64,000 nucleotides of DNA from Candidatus Uhrbacteria bacterium (GTDB lineage: Bacteria > Patescibacteriota > Patescibacteriia > UBA9934 > GWF2-40-263). Location of the stretch: assembly GCA_016188495.1 (NCBI GenBank), contig JACPHU010000006.1, positions 1,857-65,856 on the forward strand, given 5' to 3'. A program made the position numbers and the translations under genes. This document shows positions 1 through 11,456 of this stretch, piece by piece. Positions within the stretch are counted from its first letter, which is position 1. Each line of letters opens with the position of its first letter. The notes beneath the pieces were generated by a model that made no database searches, was not told the origin of the DNA, and was given only the letters and a program-made list of their open reading frames with translations.

Positions 1-2040
1 TCCGCCATGGGTCCTGGAGGACTTTCGCGTGAACGTGCTGGATTTGAAGTGCGCGACGTGCACCCAACCCACTATGGCCGCATCTGTCCTATTGCGACTC
101 CTGAGGGACCAAACATCGGATTGATCGGTCACTTAGCTTCTTACGCGATCATCAATGATTACGGATTTATCGAAACGCCTTATCGCAAGGTGATCAAAGA
201 AGAAAAGAACGGCAAAATACGTTCACGAGTCACCAACGACGTTGAGTTTATTAATGCTTTTAAAGAAGAGCGTTCCGTGACGGTTCCAGCCACTATTCCT
301 TTGGATAAAAATGGCTATTTCGTTGAGGAATTCGTAGGCGGACGCAAATATGGAGAGCCAAAAGTGGTTGGTCAGGAAGAAGTGGATTTCATGGATGTAT
401 CTTCCAAGCAAATCGTCTCTATCGGAACAGCGCTTATTCCATTTTTGGAACATGACGACGCTACGCGTGCGTTGATGGGTACCAACATGCAACGTCAGGC
501 GGTTCCAACCATTAAACCGGATGCTCCTATTTGTGGTACAGGTTCTGAAAAACGCGCAGCTCGAGATTCCGGACACGTGGTTGTAGCAGAACAGTCTGGA
601 GAAATTACGGCTGTCGAAGGCCATCACGTTGAGATTACGGATAAAGATGGAAATAAAACAGATTACGAACTCAAGAAATTTTTACGTTCCAATAATTCCA
701 CCTGTATCAATCAACGACCGGTGGTTCAAAAAAATCAGAAAGTTATCAAAGGCGACGTGATTGCCGACTCTTCCGCTGTTGATCAGGGAGAACTTGCCTT
801 GGGACAAAATTGTCTGGTCGCCTTCATGGCGTGGGACGGATATAACTACGAAGACGCCGTCATTATTTCTGAACGAATGGTTCAAGATGATCGTTTTACG
901 AGCGTTCATATTGAGCACTACACCATTGACGTGCGCGACACGAAATTGGGACCTGAGGTGGTGACTTCGGACATTCCAAACGTCTCTGAAGACAAGTTAA
1001 AAAACTTAGATGCCGAAGGTATTATTCGTGTCGGAGCTGAAGTGAAGTCCGGAGATATTCTCGTTGGAAAAATCACTCCAAAAGGTGAAACAGAACTTTC
1101 TGCAGAAGAAAAACTTCTTCGAGCCATTTTCGGTGAGAAAGCGCGTGATGTACGTGATTCTTCTTTATATCTTGAACACGGTGAACACGGTAAAGTCGTT
1201 GCTGTCACGATTTTTTCTCGAGAGGAAGGAGACAAGCTTTCCCCAGGAGTGATCAAATCTATTCAGGTCACCATTGCCGACTTACGCAAGGTTCAGGTAG
1301 GAGACAAAGTCGCCGGACGACACGGAAACAAGGGAGTTATTTCCCGCGTTGTGCCAGTTGCCGATATGCCGTTCATGTCCGATGGAACTCCCGTGGACGT
1401 AATTTTGACTCCGCTTGGAGTGGTGTCCCGTATGAACTTGGGACAGATTTTGGAAGTTCACTTGGGACTCGCGGCCAATGCCCTTGGATATAATGTGAAT
1501 ACTCCCGTGCTAAACGGAGTTCCTGAAGAATCGATTCATGACGAATTGGAACGAGCGGGATTTCCTCGCAGCGGACAACTCACATTGTTTGATGGTCGTT
1601 CCGGTGATGCGTTTGAAAATCCTGTAACGGTTGGATATATGTACATCTTGAAACTTTCTCACATGGTTGAGGACAAGATGCATCAACGTTCCATTGGTCC
1701 ATACTCTCTGATTACGCAACAGCCGTTGGGAGGAAAAGCCCAGTTCGGAGGTCAGCGATTCGGAGAAATGGAAGTGTGGGCACTGGAGGCGTATGGTGCA
1801 GCCCACATGCTTCAGGAAATTTTAACGATCAAGTCAGACGATGTTCCAGGTCGCTCAAAAGCGTATGAGGCGATTATCAAAGGCGAACCAATTAAAAAAG
1901 TAAACATTCCAGAATCCTTTAACGTGCTGGTCAGAGAATTGAAGGGATTGTGTATGGATGTAGAACTCTTAAAAGACGGGGAGAAAGTCGATCTTCCTGG
2001 AGAGAAAAAGACCGTGAGTAGCAAACCCGTTAAGTTATAA
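1..2040 (+). CDS. rpoB: DNA-directed RNA polymerase beta subunit, C-terminal ~680 aa (5' end lies outside the window)
   Basis: The ORF is open from base 1. Conserved RpoB C-terminal motifs are present ([70 protein letters not shown]). rpoC follows directly. Confidence 0.95.
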   Translation, partial: SAMGPGGLSRERAGFEVRDVHPTHYGRICPIATPEGPNIGLIGHLASYAIINDYGFIETPYRKVIKEEKNGKIRSRVTNDVEFINAFKEERSVTVPATIPLDKNGYFVEEFVGGRKYGEPKVVGQEEVDFMDVSSKQIVSIGTALIPFLEHDDATRALMGTNMQRQAVPTIKPDAPICGTGSEKRAARDSGHVVVAEQSGEITAVEGHHVEITDKDGNKTDYELKKFLRSNNSTCINQRPVVQKNQKVIKGDVIADSSAVDQGELALGQNCLVAFMAWDGYNYEDAVIISERMVQDDRFTSVHIEHYTIDVRDTKLGPEVVTSDIPNVSEDKLKNLDAEGIIRVGAEVKSGDILVGKITPKGETELSAEEKLLRAIFGEKARDVRDSSLYLEHGEHGKVVAVTIFSREEGDKLSPGVIKSIQVTIADLRKVQVGDKVAGRHGNKGVISRVVPVADMPFMSDGTPVDVILTPLGVVSRMNLGQILEVHLGLAANALGYNVNTPVLNGVPEESIHDELERAGFPRSGQLTLFDGRSGDAFENPVTVGYMYILKLSHMVEDKMHQRSIGPYSLITQQPLGGKAQFGGQRFGEMEVWALEAYGAAHMLQEILTIKSDDVPGRSKAYEAIIKGEPIKKVNIPESFNVLVRELKGLCMDVELLKDGEKVDLPGEKKTVSSKPVKL

Positions 2041-2077
2041 AAGAATGAGTTCTTTATAACTAAACGCATCATCAACT

Positions 2078-5000
2078 ATGTTTAAACAACAAGAATCTCT
2101 TAGATCTACTGACTTTGACTCCATCCGTCTTCGCCTTGCCAGTCCAGAGACCATCCGTTCTTGGTCTCATGGAGAAATCACCAAACCAGAGACCATCAAT
2201 TACCGAACACAGAAACCTGAAAAACAAGGGTTGTTTGCAGAAGAAATTTTCGGACCCTCCAAAGATTGGGAATGTTATTGTGGAAAGTATAAAAAGATCC
2301 GTTATAAAGGAATCGTTTGTGATAAGTGTGGCGTTGAAGTAACCCACTCGGTTGTTCGACGTGAGCGCATGGGGCATATCGAATTAGCCGCTCCTATTAC
2401 ACACATTTGGTTTTTGCGTGGTGTTCCTTCCAAAATCGGAACCATTCTTGATGTCTCTATTCAGAATTTGGAAAAGATCATTTACTTTGCCAGCTTTTTA
2501 GTCACAGACGTGAACGAAACAGCAAAAGAAGTCACGATTGAACAGGTAAAAACGGAACGAAAGAGCAAAGAGAAAATGATTGAAGGAGAATTCAAGCGCG
2601 ATATCGGACGTCTGGAGCAGAAGTTTGGAGCCGATACAGCTTCTATTAACAAAGAAACCAAGCGTCTTGAAGAAATTCGCGACACGAAGTTACAAGAGCT
2701 TGAAGAGGATTTCGAGGCGGTGATGCAAGACCTCAAAGAAATGAAGGTCATGTCTATTATTTCAGAACAGACCTATCATGAGTGGTCTCTCAAATATGGA
2801 CATATTTTTGAAGCAAACATCGGAGCAGAAGCCGTGAAGGACATGCTTACCCGCATCAATGTCGGAGAGACGATGAATCTTCTTGAAGAAGAACTCAAAA
2901 CAGCAACGAAAACCAAACGCAATCGTCTCTTGCGCCGAATCAAGTTGTTAAAATCTTTTTACATCAACACACTCAAGCCTGAATGGATGGTCTTAAACGT
3001 CTTGCCAGTGATTCCTCCAGATTTGCGCCCAATGGTTCCGCTTGATGGCGGACGTTTTGCGACCTCTGACCTTAACGATCTCTATCGTCGGGTCATCAAC
3101 CGCAACAATCGTTTGAAACGTTTGTACGATCTTCACGCTCCTGAAGTTATTTCTCGAAATGAGAAACGCATGTTGCAGGAGGCGGTGGACGCGCTTATTG
3201 ATAACTCCGCCAGACACAGTAAAACCGTGATCGCCGCCACAGGAAAGAAACGCCAACTGAAGTCCCTTGCTGACCAGTTGAAAGGAAAACAAGGACGATT
3301 CCGCCAAAACCTTTTGGGTAAACGTATCGATTATTCAGGACGATCCGTTATTGTAGTGGGACCAAACTTACGATTGGACCAATGTGGTATTCCAAAAAAG
3401 ATGGCATTGGAATTGTTCAAGCCATTCGTGATTTCTAAGCTTATTGAACGCGAATACGTTCATAACATTCGGTCCGCCAATCGTTTTATCGAAAGCGATC
3501 GTCCAGAAACCTGGGATATTTTGGAGGAAGTCACCAGCGATGCGTTTGTTCTCCTCAACCGTGCTCCAACGCTTCACCGATTGGGTATTCAGGCTTTTCG
3601 CCCTACCTTGATCGAAGGAAAAGCGATTAAGATTCATCCGTTGGTGTGTGACGCTTATAACGCGGACTTCGACGGAGACCAGATGGCCGTGCACGTTCCT
3701 CTCACAGAAGAAGCTCGGGCTGAGGCGCGTGAAATCATGCTTTCAACCAAAAACCTTTTGAAGCCAGCTTTCGGTGGACCAGTGGCTACGCCGGGAAAAG
3801 ATATCGCCTGGGGTATTTTCTTCTTGACCATGGAAGTGACAGACATGCCAGAAACAAAAGAAGGGCTCCTTGCGTTTTCTGATGAAACAGATGCCTTGTA
3901 TGCCGCTCAGGTTGGGAAGATCGGTTTGCGCGATTGGATTTTGGTACGACTTTCCACAAAAGAGATGATCATTACCACTCCGGGACGCATTTTGGTCAAT
4001 CAACAGTTCCCAGAGGAAATTCCTTTTAAGAACCAGGTGATGGGAAAGAAAGAGTTGGCAACGATCGTAAAGTACTATCTTGAGCTTCACGGATCTGAAA
4101 TGACAGCTTCCTTCCTTGATCGATTAAAAGAGATCGGATTCAAGTACTCCACGCGAGCAGGGTATTCATGGGGTATGGCAAACTTGCCAGACGTCAAAGA
4201 AAAAGCGGCTCTTATTACAGAAGGAGATACTCGTGTACGTGAAATCGAAGATTATTTTGCTCAAGGATTGTTGACAGCTTCCGAACGCCATTCGTCGATC
4301 GTGAAGACATGGAATGAAATTAAAGATCGCATTGCGGCCGAAGCAAAGAAAGCGCTTCCAAAAAATAACCCTGCCTATACGATGATTGAGTCCGGAGCCC
4401 GTGGATCTTGGGGACAGATGACGCAGATGGTGGGTATGAAAGGACTCGTGGCCAACCCTTCCGGAGAAATTATCGAATTGCCTGTGAAATCTTCCTTCAA
4501 AGAAGGATACGACGTGTTGGAATTCTTTATTTCTTCTCACGGTGTGCGTAAAGGATTGACCGATACGGCTTTGCGTACGGCAAACGCTGGATATCTCACT
4601 CGACGTCTCGTGGACGTGGCTCAAGACGTGATCGTGCGCCAAGAAGACTGTGGCGACGATGTAGGAGTGGTATTGACCCATGAAGAGTCAGAAGAAATTG
4701 GAGAACCATTGATCGTGCGTATTCTGGGACGTGTTGCCCTTTCAGAAATCAAAAAACCAGGAGGACGCAAAGCGATCGTGGAGCCTGGACAATTGATTAC
4801 GGAATCTCACGTGCGTGAAATTGAAGCGACAGGAAAAGAGTTATCCCAAGCGCATGTCCGTTCTGTGATGACGTGCAAGCTCCGTCGAGGCGTGTGTCAG
4901 AAATGTTATGGATACGATCTTGCCTATAACAAAATCGTGAAAATGGGAACGAGCGTGGGAATCATGGCTGCCCAATCCATCGGTGAACCTGGTACCCAGC

Positions 5001-6100
5001 TCACCATGCGTACCTTCCATACGGGAGGTGTGGCAGGAAAAGATATCACCCAAGGTCTTCCTCGTGTGGAAGAATTGTTCGAAGCTCGAAATCCAAAACA
5101 GAAAGCGATCATGTCAGAAGTTTCAGGAAAAGCGTCCCTTGAGTCTGCCCAGCGCGAGATTGTCCAAGCAGGAACAGGCAAGCAAATTCTGGATATGCGT
5201 CCTGGACAAAAAACCGTCAAGATTACCTATCAGGGAATTGAAGAAGATACGCAACTGTATGGCAAATCAGGCGAGTTGCTTGTTAAAGAAGGAGATAAAG
5301 TCAAAGAAGGACAAGTGATTGCGCGTAAATCCACAGGAAAAGAAATTTTGGCTCCGGGAACAGGAATTGTGGCAATCAAAAAGGAATCAACGGTCACGGT
5401 ATTGTACGAAGCGACGAAAATTCGCGAATACATTATTCCACCTGGATTCACTCTGTATGTAAAAGAGGGGGATGAAGTTCAGGCGGGTGATGCTCTTACG
5501 GACGGCCACCTTGATCTGCAAGTCCTCTTTAAGTACAAGGGACAGGATGCGGTTCAAAAGTATCTCTCAAAAGAAATTCAGTTTATTTATTCCAGCCAAG
5601 GACAGAAACTCAACAATAAACATATCGAGATTATCATCCGCCAGATGTTCTCTCGTATTCGTGTCGTGGATCCGGGAGATACAGATCTCTTGCCGGGCGA
5701 GATTATTGAGAAAGCGACGTTTGAAGATGCAAATGATTTTGTTGAAAAAGCACAGAAGTCAGCAACCTCTAAATCCTTGTTCTTAGGAATCACAAAAATT
5801 TCTCTTTCTACCGATTCTTGGCTTTCAAGCGCTTCCTTCCAAGAGACAGCCCGTGTACTGATCAATGCCGCTGTCACAGGAAAGGTGGATCGTCTTGAGG
5901 GGCTCAAGGAGAACGTCATCATCGGACGTCTCATTCCAGCGGGAACCGGTTTTGAGGATATGCAATATGAACTTATTGGAGACGTTGGAGAACACCGTTC
6001 AACGCGTGCCATACCCAAGGAGATTGCACAGGAAATTGATGAAACTTTTGTGAATAACAGAGCCGTTTCCGAAGGATTCGAATCTGAACGCGAACTGTAA
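2078..6100 (+). CDS. rpoC: DNA-directed RNA polymerase beta' subunit (1340 aa)
   Basis: The N-terminus has the RpoC zinc-finger region ([23 protein letters not shown]). The catalytic NADFDGD motif and typical beta' C-terminal blocks are present. It sits immediately downstream of rpoB. Confidence 0.97.
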   Translation: MFKQQESLRSTDFDSIRLRLASPETIRSWSHGEITKPETINYRTQKPEKQGLFAEEIFGPSKDWECYCGKYKKIRYKGIVCDKCGVEVTHSVVRRERMGHIELAAPITHIWFLRGVPSKIGTILDVSIQNLEKIIYFASFLVTDVNETAKEVTIEQVKTERKSKEKMIEGEFKRDIGRLEQKFGADTASINKETKRLEEIRDTKLQELEEDFEAVMQDLKEMKVMSIISEQTYHEWSLKYGHIFEANIGAEAVKDMLTRINVGETMNLLEEELKTATKTKRNRLLRRIKLLKSFYINTLKPEWMVLNVLPVIPPDLRPMVPLDGGRFATSDLNDLYRRVINRNNRLKRLYDLHAPEVISRNEKRMLQEAVDALIDNSARHSKTVIAATGKKRQLKSLADQLKGKQGRFRQNLLGKRIDYSGRSVIVVGPNLRLDQCGIPKKMALELFKPFVISKLIEREYVHNIRSANRFIESDRPETWDILEEVTSDAFVLLNRAPTLHRLGIQAFRPTLIEGKAIKIHPLVCDAYNADFDGDQMAVHVPLTEEARAEAREIMLSTKNLLKPAFGGPVATPGKDIAWGIFFLTMEVTDMPETKEGLLAFSDETDALYAAQVGKIGLRDWILVRLSTKEMIITTPGRILVNQQFPEEIPFKNQVMGKKELATIVKYYLELHGSEMTASFLDRLKEIGFKYSTRAGYSWGMANLPDVKEKAALITEGDTRVREIEDYFAQGLLTASERHSSIVKTWNEIKDRIAAEAKKALPKNNPAYTMIESGARGSWGQMTQMVGMKGLVANPSGEIIELPVKSSFKEGYDVLEFFISSHGVRKGLTDTALRTANAGYLTRRLVDVAQDVIVRQEDCGDDVGVVLTHEESEEIGEPLIVRILGRVALSEIKKPGGRKAIVEPGQLITESHVREIEATGKELSQAHVRSVMTCKLRRGVCQKCYGYDLAYNKIVKMGTSVGIMAAQSIGEPGTQLTMRTFHTGGVAGKDITQGLPRVEELFEARNPKQKAIMSEVSGKASLESAQREIVQAGTGKQILDMRPGQKTVKITYQGIEEDTQLYGKSGELLVKEGDKVKEGQVIARKSTGKEILAPGTGIVAIKKESTVTVLYEATKIREYIIPPGFTLYVKEGDEVQAGDALTDGHLDLQVLFKYKGQDAVQKYLSKEIQFIYSSQGQKLNNKHIEIIIRQMFSRIRVVDPGDTDLLPGEIIEKATFEDANDFVEKAQKSATSKSLFLGITKISLSTDSWLSSASFQETARVLINAAVTGKVDRLEGLKENVIIGRLIPAGTGFEDMQYELIGDVGEHRSTRAIPKEIAQEIDETFVNNRAVSEGFESEREL

Positions 6101-6122
6101 ATAACCGAAACGGATTAAAAAG

Positions 6123-6181
6123 AAAACCACCCTACGTTTGTCTGCGCTGAGCAGATCGAACCGTCCAAGGGTGGTTTTTTG
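6123..6181 (+). terminator. rho-independent terminator after rpoC
   Basis: The stem aaaccaccct/agggtggttt encloses an inner hairpin and is followed by a T6 run. Confidence 0.6.
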
Positions 6182-6186
6182 TTGGA

Positions 6187-6936
6187 TTACAAGGGTTTAG
6201 AAATTTCCCAAGCCATTTGAAATAATGAAGCCATGGATTCTTTCATGTGACGATGGTTGATTCTCACAGCAAACGTATGAGTTCCAGAGAATAGTACAAG
6301 TGAATTTTTAAACATCCAAAAAGAGGATTCGACAAGTATTCCTGGTGGAAGTGTTCGGACTTGAATGTTGTATTCAAGAACATTTGGTCGAATAAATGAT
6401 TCTTGACCTGCAGGGATAAGTGATTTGGTATAAATTCCTTTACGTACTTTTTGTTTTGATAAGACGTTAAATAGTTCTTCTGTAATAATCGCTTGATAAT
6501 GTTGGGCACTAGGAGATTCAAACGTGAAAAGTTGATCTCCTTTTTCAAGTTCTTCAATAACTTTTACCATTAAATGTTCGAGTGTTTCATGCGTATCGTA
6601 GATTTCTGCGGTTGGTTTTTTATCTGCTTGATGGTATTCACTATGGAGTCTTCCGACAAGCTGTTCTATGACTTCTAGTTGAGCTTTACTCTGTTCAACC
6701 AGAACATGAGGGTCTTCAATCCAAAAGATTTTTTTGCCTTTACTTATGTGAGAGGTGACAAGGCCTTTGATTTTTAGACGATCTAAAATACTTGCAACCG
6801 TTGTGCGCGATGCTTTCGTTATATGAGCTATTTCCGCTACGCTGGCTTCTCCTAACCGAATCGAAGCAAGATAGACTCGTGTTTCAATCTCAGAAAGGCC
6901 AATGTGTTTTAAGAGAATTTTTAGAGGAGCTGGCAT
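6187..6936 (-). CDS. TrmB-family transcriptional regulator (N-terminal winged HTH, C-terminal effector domain)
   Basis: The N-terminus GLSEIETRVYLASIRLGEASVAEIAHITKASRTTVASILDRLKIKGLV matches the TrmB wHTH pattern. The 249-aa size is typical. Confidence 0.7.
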   Translation of the reverse strand: MPAPLKILLKHIGLSEIETRVYLASIRLGEASVAEIAHITKASRTTVASILDRLKIKGLVTSHISKGKKIFWIEDPHVLVEQSKAQLEVIEQLVGRLHSEYHQADKKPTAEIYDTHETLEHLMVKVIEELEKGDQLFTFESPSAQHYQAIITEELFNVLSKQKVRKGIYTKSLIPAGQESFIRPNVLEYNIQVRTLPPGILVESSFWMFKNSLVLFSGTHTFAVRINHRHMKESMASLFQMAWEISKPL

Positions 6937-7141
6937 AGGGTGATTGATATGATGACGAATAATTTCGTCACGTCTCTCTTAGAGAGAACCAAAATTTGTC
7001 TCTCAATTAAGAACAGAATACCATTTTTTATCCCATTCTCCCATTAAGAATAATGATTTTTCACACGGATCATTCTTTTTTCGGTAGTATGATTTTAGTT
7101 CTTTACAGATCAACGCTTATCCTTTTTTGGGAGAATAGGTT

Positions 7142-7762
7142 ATGGATCTTTTTATCTTATGGCGACACATGATGAAGATGTTGAATTGTTCTCAACATCA
7201 AGATCTATTTAGTGAACTCATGTTGCGTTATCAAGAATCTCAACGCCACTATCACACGATCACGCATTTGATGAGCTGCTTTTCTTACTGGCAGGAATGT
7301 GAACAGAGGTTCCAAGATTCATTCGCTGTTGCGTTAGCTCTTTTTTATCATGATGCGATTTATGACGTTTATCGATCAGATAACGAAGAGTTGAGCGCAA
7401 ATTTATGGCGTTCTCATGGGAGGAAGATGGGTTTATCAACGCTGTTTATTGAAAAAGTTGCGGGAATGGTTCTTGCGACGAAACTTCATAAGACGGAAGA
7501 TGCAGATACACAGATTTTTTTAGATATTGATTTATCGATTCTAGGGGAACAAGAGGAAGCATTTGATCAGTTTGAATGTGCCATTCGTTCTGAATATCAG
7601 TGGGTTCCAGAAGACATGTTTCGAAATCGGCGTGAACAGATTCTTCGAGAATTTCTTGAACGCGATCAGATTTTTTACACCCCTTCTTTTCATTCATTCG
7701 AACGACAAGCGCGTAAGAATCTATCGCGTCGCATTGTTGAGCTGGAGAGAACACCAGCATAA
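7142..7762 (+). CDS. HD-domain metal-dependent phosphohydrolase family protein
   Basis: An H...HD motif pair is present (HYHTITHL, then FYHDAIYD). A GGGAGAA RBS-like sequence sits 6 nt upstream of the ATG. Confidence 0.6.
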   Translation: MDLFILWRHMMKMLNCSQHQDLFSELMLRYQESQRHYHTITHLMSCFSYWQECEQRFQDSFAVALALFYHDAIYDVYRSDNEELSANLWRSHGRKMGLSTLFIEKVAGMVLATKLHKTEDADTQIFLDIDLSILGEQEEAFDQFECAIRSEYQWVPEDMFRNRREQILREFLERDQIFYTPSFHSFERQARKNLSRRIVELERTPA

Positions 7763-7859
7763 CGACAAAAACCGTTGACAAAATCGTTAAAATAGTCCAT
7801 TATTTAATGTTTTGTCGTTCTTTACATCGGTTGAAAAACTTTGCAATGAGAGGTGTTCC

Positions 7860-9011
7860 ATGTCTGACGAATTGTTTGATCGCGGCCTTGTGCCCATTTC
7901 GGGCGATCCGGTCACCAATGGCCATGTTGATTTGATCGCTCGGGCTTCCAGAAAATGCAAAACATTGCTTGTCTTGGTTGCCAACAATAAGACAAAGACT
8001 GATAAATATCTCTTTTCACTTGAAGAGCGTCTGGAGATCGCTCGACGAGCTCTTTCGCATCTGCCAAATGTAGAGGTGGTTGCCAGTAGCGGGCTTCTTG
8101 TGGATGTTTTTATGGAGCAGGGATGCGACCGGGTGTTCCGAGGGATCAGGAACGAGGAAGATCGCGCGTATGAACTTCATCTTGCTTCTCTTAACAACAC
8201 CCTGTTTCCTGGGTTAGGGGAGAAGTTTGAGTTTTTGTTGGCGCCTCCGGAACTGACACATGTTTCGAGTTCCTTGGTAAAAGAACTCGTCCTTCAGAGG
8301 GTCGATGTTTCTCGCTTCGTTCCTATCTTCATTAAAGCTCTGCTTGAGGTGAGGTTGCGAGGACAGACGATGATCGGGATTACTGGTGGAATTGCCAGCG
8401 GTAAGACGTGGGTTGGAAAACAGCTTGCTTATAGGCTCGGAGGAACTTACCTCAATTTTGATGATTTGATCAGGGAGCTCTATGAGGAATCCTCTCGTGG
8501 GGCTCAAATGGTTCGCAATGAATTGGCAAAACTCTTCGGATCAGATGTGTTGAGTGGTGACGGAATTCACGTTGATCGAGACGTTCTCAAGAGACGTATT
8601 TTCACTCATTCGTCTTCCGACGAAATGATGAAAAAGGTTGTTGAACTGACGTCTCCGCATGTGATGCGGCTCTACCGACAAAAACTGACCCAAGCAAAAG
8701 GGTTTGTGATCGTCGAGTGGGCGCAGATGGCGCAGATGGAAATGAGTTATCTCGTTAACCATCAAGTCATCGTCGTTGAGGCCGCTGATCGAGAAGTGTT
8801 TCTTCAGAAACGCGGTATCGATCAGGAAGCGTTTACTCGCGTTTCTTCTCATCAATGGGGTGCTCAACGACAGGTAGAAGCACTTCAAACAGTGATTGAT
8901 CGTGACGGGTATGGCAAGGTTTTGTCATATGAAAACCACTATGATCCCGTTCAATCAGATGAGGGTTTGGCAGGACTAGTAGATGCGATTAGAGGTCTTG
9001 TTGTTTTCTAA
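7860..9011 (+). CDS. coaDE: Bifunctional phosphopantetheine adenylyltransferase / dephospho-CoA kinase (CoaD-CoaE fusion)
   Basis: The N-terminal ~165 aa is PPAT (PISGDPVTNGHVDLI, RGIRNEEDRAYELHLASLN, SSSLVKEL). The C-terminal ~215 aa is DPCK with a Walker A (MIGITGGIASGKTW). The start at ATG 7860 follows a GAGAGG RBS. The ORF track starts 48 nt earlier. Confidence 0.85.
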   Translation: MSDELFDRGLVPISGDPVTNGHVDLIARASRKCKTLLVLVANNKTKTDKYLFSLEERLEIARRALSHLPNVEVVASSGLLVDVFMEQGCDRVFRGIRNEEDRAYELHLASLNNTLFPGLGEKFEFLLAPPELTHVSSSLVKELVLQRVDVSRFVPIFIKALLEVRLRGQTMIGITGGIASGKTWVGKQLAYRLGGTYLNFDDLIRELYEESSRGAQMVRNELAKLFGSDVLSGDGIHVDRDVLKRRIFTHSSSDEMMKKVVELTSPHVMRLYRQKLTQAKGFVIVEWAQMAQMEMSYLVNHQVIVVEAADREVFLQKRGIDQEAFTRVSSHQWGAQRQVEALQTVIDRDGYGKVLSYENHYDPVQSDEGLAGLVDAIRGLVVF

Positions 9012-9019
9012 TTTTTTCT

Positions 9020-9083
9020 CCCCGATGAAACGCATCGGGGATTTTGTTTTGAAAAATACTGCCGGATTGATCCGGCAGTATTT
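9020..9083. terminator. pair of hairpins serving as bidirectional terminators between convergent genes
   Basis: The hairpins ccccgatg..catcgggg and tactgccgg..ccggcagta are flanked by A and T runs. Confidence 0.6.
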
Positions 9084-9758
9084 TTATCCTACCTCCCTTT
9101 GTTCTTCTTGTGTTAAGTCATTCATTCGTTGTCTGAGGTTAATCAAACCCTGGTGGGTTTCTATTTGGTTCTCTAACGTTCGAATGTTTTTTCTTAAGCT
9201 TTTCTCCAAAAAAGATTCTTTTTCTTTTTTGGCTTGCTTTAAAGCATCTTTTGCTTCCTGGAGTTCTTGTTTTTCCCGTTGAATTTGTTTCTTATAAATA
9301 TCGAACGCTCTTTCTGACAAAGCAGACATTTCCGCTTCACGTTTAGGATTTTGTTCTCTCAAAGCTTCCGGTGTCCATTCACTTTCATATTTGGTTCTTA
9401 CCAAACGAAGCGCTGTGCCGCGTTCTTTATTTTCACTCTGTATTTGTTTGGCCCGCTCCAGTTTTGCTTGCGCAAGTCTTAATTTTGTTGTGTTTATTTC
9501 GGGTTCTTTTTTCAAAGCTTCTATCTCTTGTTCTATTTTTTGAATCAGTGCGTCTACATCAGGGTTTGCTTCTAATTGGGCTCGTACAATTTCTGCAGCT
9601 CCTATTTTAATTTTAGAATCTCTGACTCTGTTATCAAATTCTTTTGCTTTTTGAGGATAGATTCTATCGCTTTTGCCTTTTCCTCGGCTATATTCTGTCT
9701 CAGAACCCCCACTCTTTTCAGGATGAGAGGGTATTTCCGTATGTAAATTCATACACAT
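9084..9758 (-). CDS. hypothetical Lys/Glu-rich coiled-coil protein
   Basis: The ORF is 224 aa of charged heptad-like sequence with a terminator downstream. No recognizable enzymatic motif is present. Confidence 0.5.
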   Translation of the reverse strand: MCMNLHTEIPSHPEKSGGSETEYSRGKGKSDRIYPQKAKEFDNRVRDSKIKIGAAEIVRAQLEANPDVDALIQKIEQEIEALKKEPEINTTKLRLAQAKLERAKQIQSENKERGTALRLVRTKYESEWTPEALREQNPKREAEMSALSERAFDIYKKQIQREKQELQEAKDALKQAKKEKESFLEKSLRKNIRTLENQIETHQGLINLRQRMNDLTQEEQREVG

Positions 9759-9860
9759 TAGTGGATATGTTTAGATAACATTAGTATAAGCCATTTTTCT
9801 CTCGAGTAAAAATATTTAGACGTTTGATGAAAGAGTCTTGTTTTGTTACGCTTTCTTCAT

Positions 9861-10586
9861 ATGGCTCGACATTCACATTGGCACAATATTCAATTGACCA
9901 AGGGAAAAGCGGATGCCAAACGCGCACAATCCTTTGCGAAATTAGCAAAGTCTCTTACCGCTGCCGCAAAAGAAGGAGGAAGCGATCCTGCATTTAATGT
10001 GTCTTTACGGATGGCCATGGATGCCGCGCGTGCGGCGAACATGCCTAAGGACAATATTGATCGTGCGATTGCTTGCGCAACAGGGGAGGGTGCGGAAGGG
10101 GTTTCCATTGAAGAGATTTTGTATGAAGGATTTGGACCGGGCGGATCGGCCCTTCTGATACAATGTCTGACAGATAATCGAAATCGATCCGTCACAGAGG
10201 TCCGCACTATCATGAATAAAAATGGAGGAACGATGGCAAGTCCCGGGTCTGTGAAATGGCTTTTTGAGAAAAAGGGAGTGGTGATTATTCAAGATATTTT
10301 TTTGATTCCAGATCGTGAAGCATTTGAACTGGCTCTTATTGAGGCAGGAGCAGAAGATTTTATTCAAGTCAATTTCGGATTAGAGATAAGAACTCCTCTG
10401 ACTGATTTTAAATCCGTTCTTGATACCCTCGAGACATTTGGTATTTATCCCGGAGTCGCCGCTATCGAGCATCTTGCCAAAGATCCTGTCGAATTAGCCA
10501 AAGGCGATCGAGAGCTCCTTCATCGTCTGGTTGATAAGTTAGAAGAATTAGATGATGTAGAGACTGTTTTTACCAATGAAGAATAA
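9861..10586 (+). CDS. yebC: YebC/PmpR-family transcriptional regulator
   Basis: It starts with MARHSHWHNIQ..KGKADAKR, the canonical YebC N-terminus. The ORF track begins at an in-frame TTG at 9843. Confidence 0.9.
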   Translation: MARHSHWHNIQLTKGKADAKRAQSFAKLAKSLTAAAKEGGSDPAFNVSLRMAMDAARAANMPKDNIDRAIACATGEGAEGVSIEEILYEGFGPGGSALLIQCLTDNRNRSVTEVRTIMNKNGGTMASPGSVKWLFEKKGVVIIQDIFLIPDREAFELALIEAGAEDFIQVNFGLEIRTPLTDFKSVLDTLETFGIYPGVAAIEHLAKDPVELAKGDRELLHRLVDKLEELDDVETVFTNEE

Positions 10587-10750
10587 GAGACATCTCCAAA
10601 ACTCGCGATCTTGCCTTTCACGGGCGCCCGCCCGCCCGACTGAACGACGATCAATCCTGTTCAGTCGTTTGGGCGGGCAGCCTCCGCCAGAGGCGGATCT
10701 GCCTTCGGCATGACGTTCAAGGCAATCTCATCGAGTTTTGGAGATGTCTC
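10587..10750. repeat. MITE-like intergenic element (family B, copy 1) with perfect 19-bp terminal inverted repeats and a nested family-A GC hairpin
   Basis: The left TIR gagacatctccaaaactcg (10587-10605) is the exact reverse complement of the right TIR cgagttttggagatgtctc (10732-10750). The conserved shell cgcgatcttgcctttcacgggcgcc ... gttcaaggcaatctcatcga also occurs at 14499-14603. Confidence 0.75.
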
Positions 10751-10784
10751 TCAAGATAATTTTCTGTGAAGAACGATTAACACT

Positions 10785-11264
10785 ATGGAAGGACATCTTA
10801 TTTTAGGGCTTGATCCGGGATATGGACGTATGGGGTTTGGGGTCATTCATGTACAAGGAACGATGATTCAGCTCATTGATTACGGTGTGGCGACAACGAC
10901 CTCTGGTGATCGTTTTGAGAATAGATTGTTAAGTTTGGCAAACGACTTACAAGATTTATTCGTTCATCATCAGCCTCATGTGGTAGCGATTGAAAAACTT
11001 TTTTTTGGAAAAAGTTCTACTACAGCGATGAACGTGGCCCATGCTCGGGGAGTGGCTTTACTTATGGCCGCCCAAGCAGGAGTTCCTGTGTTTGAATTTA
11101 CCCCTGCACAAGTGAAGAAAGCGTTGACTGGAGATGGGAAAGCAGGGAAAGCGGCTATGCAGCAGATGATCAAGAAACTCTTGGATTTGTCCAATATTCC
11201 AAAACCTGACGATGCAGCAGATGCCCTAGCTATTGCGATTACCGCCAGTACAAAAAAATGGTAG
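10785..11264 (+). CDS. ruvC: Holliday junction resolvase RuvC
   Basis: It has the LGLDPGYGRMGFGV N-terminus and the C-terminal acidic DDAADALAIA motif typical of RuvC. Confidence 0.9.
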   Translation: MEGHLILGLDPGYGRMGFGVIHVQGTMIQLIDYGVATTTSGDRFENRLLSLANDLQDLFVHHQPHVVAIEKLFFGKSSTTAMNVAHARGVALLMAAQAGVPVFEFTPAQVKKALTGDGKAGKAAMQQMIKKLLDLSNIPKPDDAADALAIAITASTKKW

Positions 11265-11299
11265 GAATTCTCTTGATCGGAGCTATTGCACCAAAAGAG

Positions 11300-11456
11300 G
11301 AAATACGTTAGTATTTTGAGGCAAATTAGGACTGCTCCCGAATGAGATTGCAACGTTCGGACTGGCAGCCTCTGAAAACGACCTGAGTCGGTCGTTGAAG
11401 AGGTGTCAGGGTGCCTGAACGTTGCAAGATCGCTCATTAGTGAACAGTCCTGATCC
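11300..11456 (+). ncRNA. candidate rod-like structured RNA immediately upstream of tRNA-Gly (6S-like architecture, identity unconfirmed)
   Basis: A ~33-bp imperfect duplex forms between 11318-11350 and 11413-11450, interrupted by small internal loops. It encloses a 14-bp apical hairpin (cctctgaaaacgacc/ggtcgttgaagagg). There is no ORF. Confidence 0.3.

Noticed and set aside
2072-6053. Numerous 60-170 aa ORFs on both strands overlapping rpoC (for example 2072-2377, 2482-2751, 4166-4681, 5587-6018)
   Set aside because: They lie inside a highly conserved 1340-aa rpoC reading frame and have no RBS or motif support.
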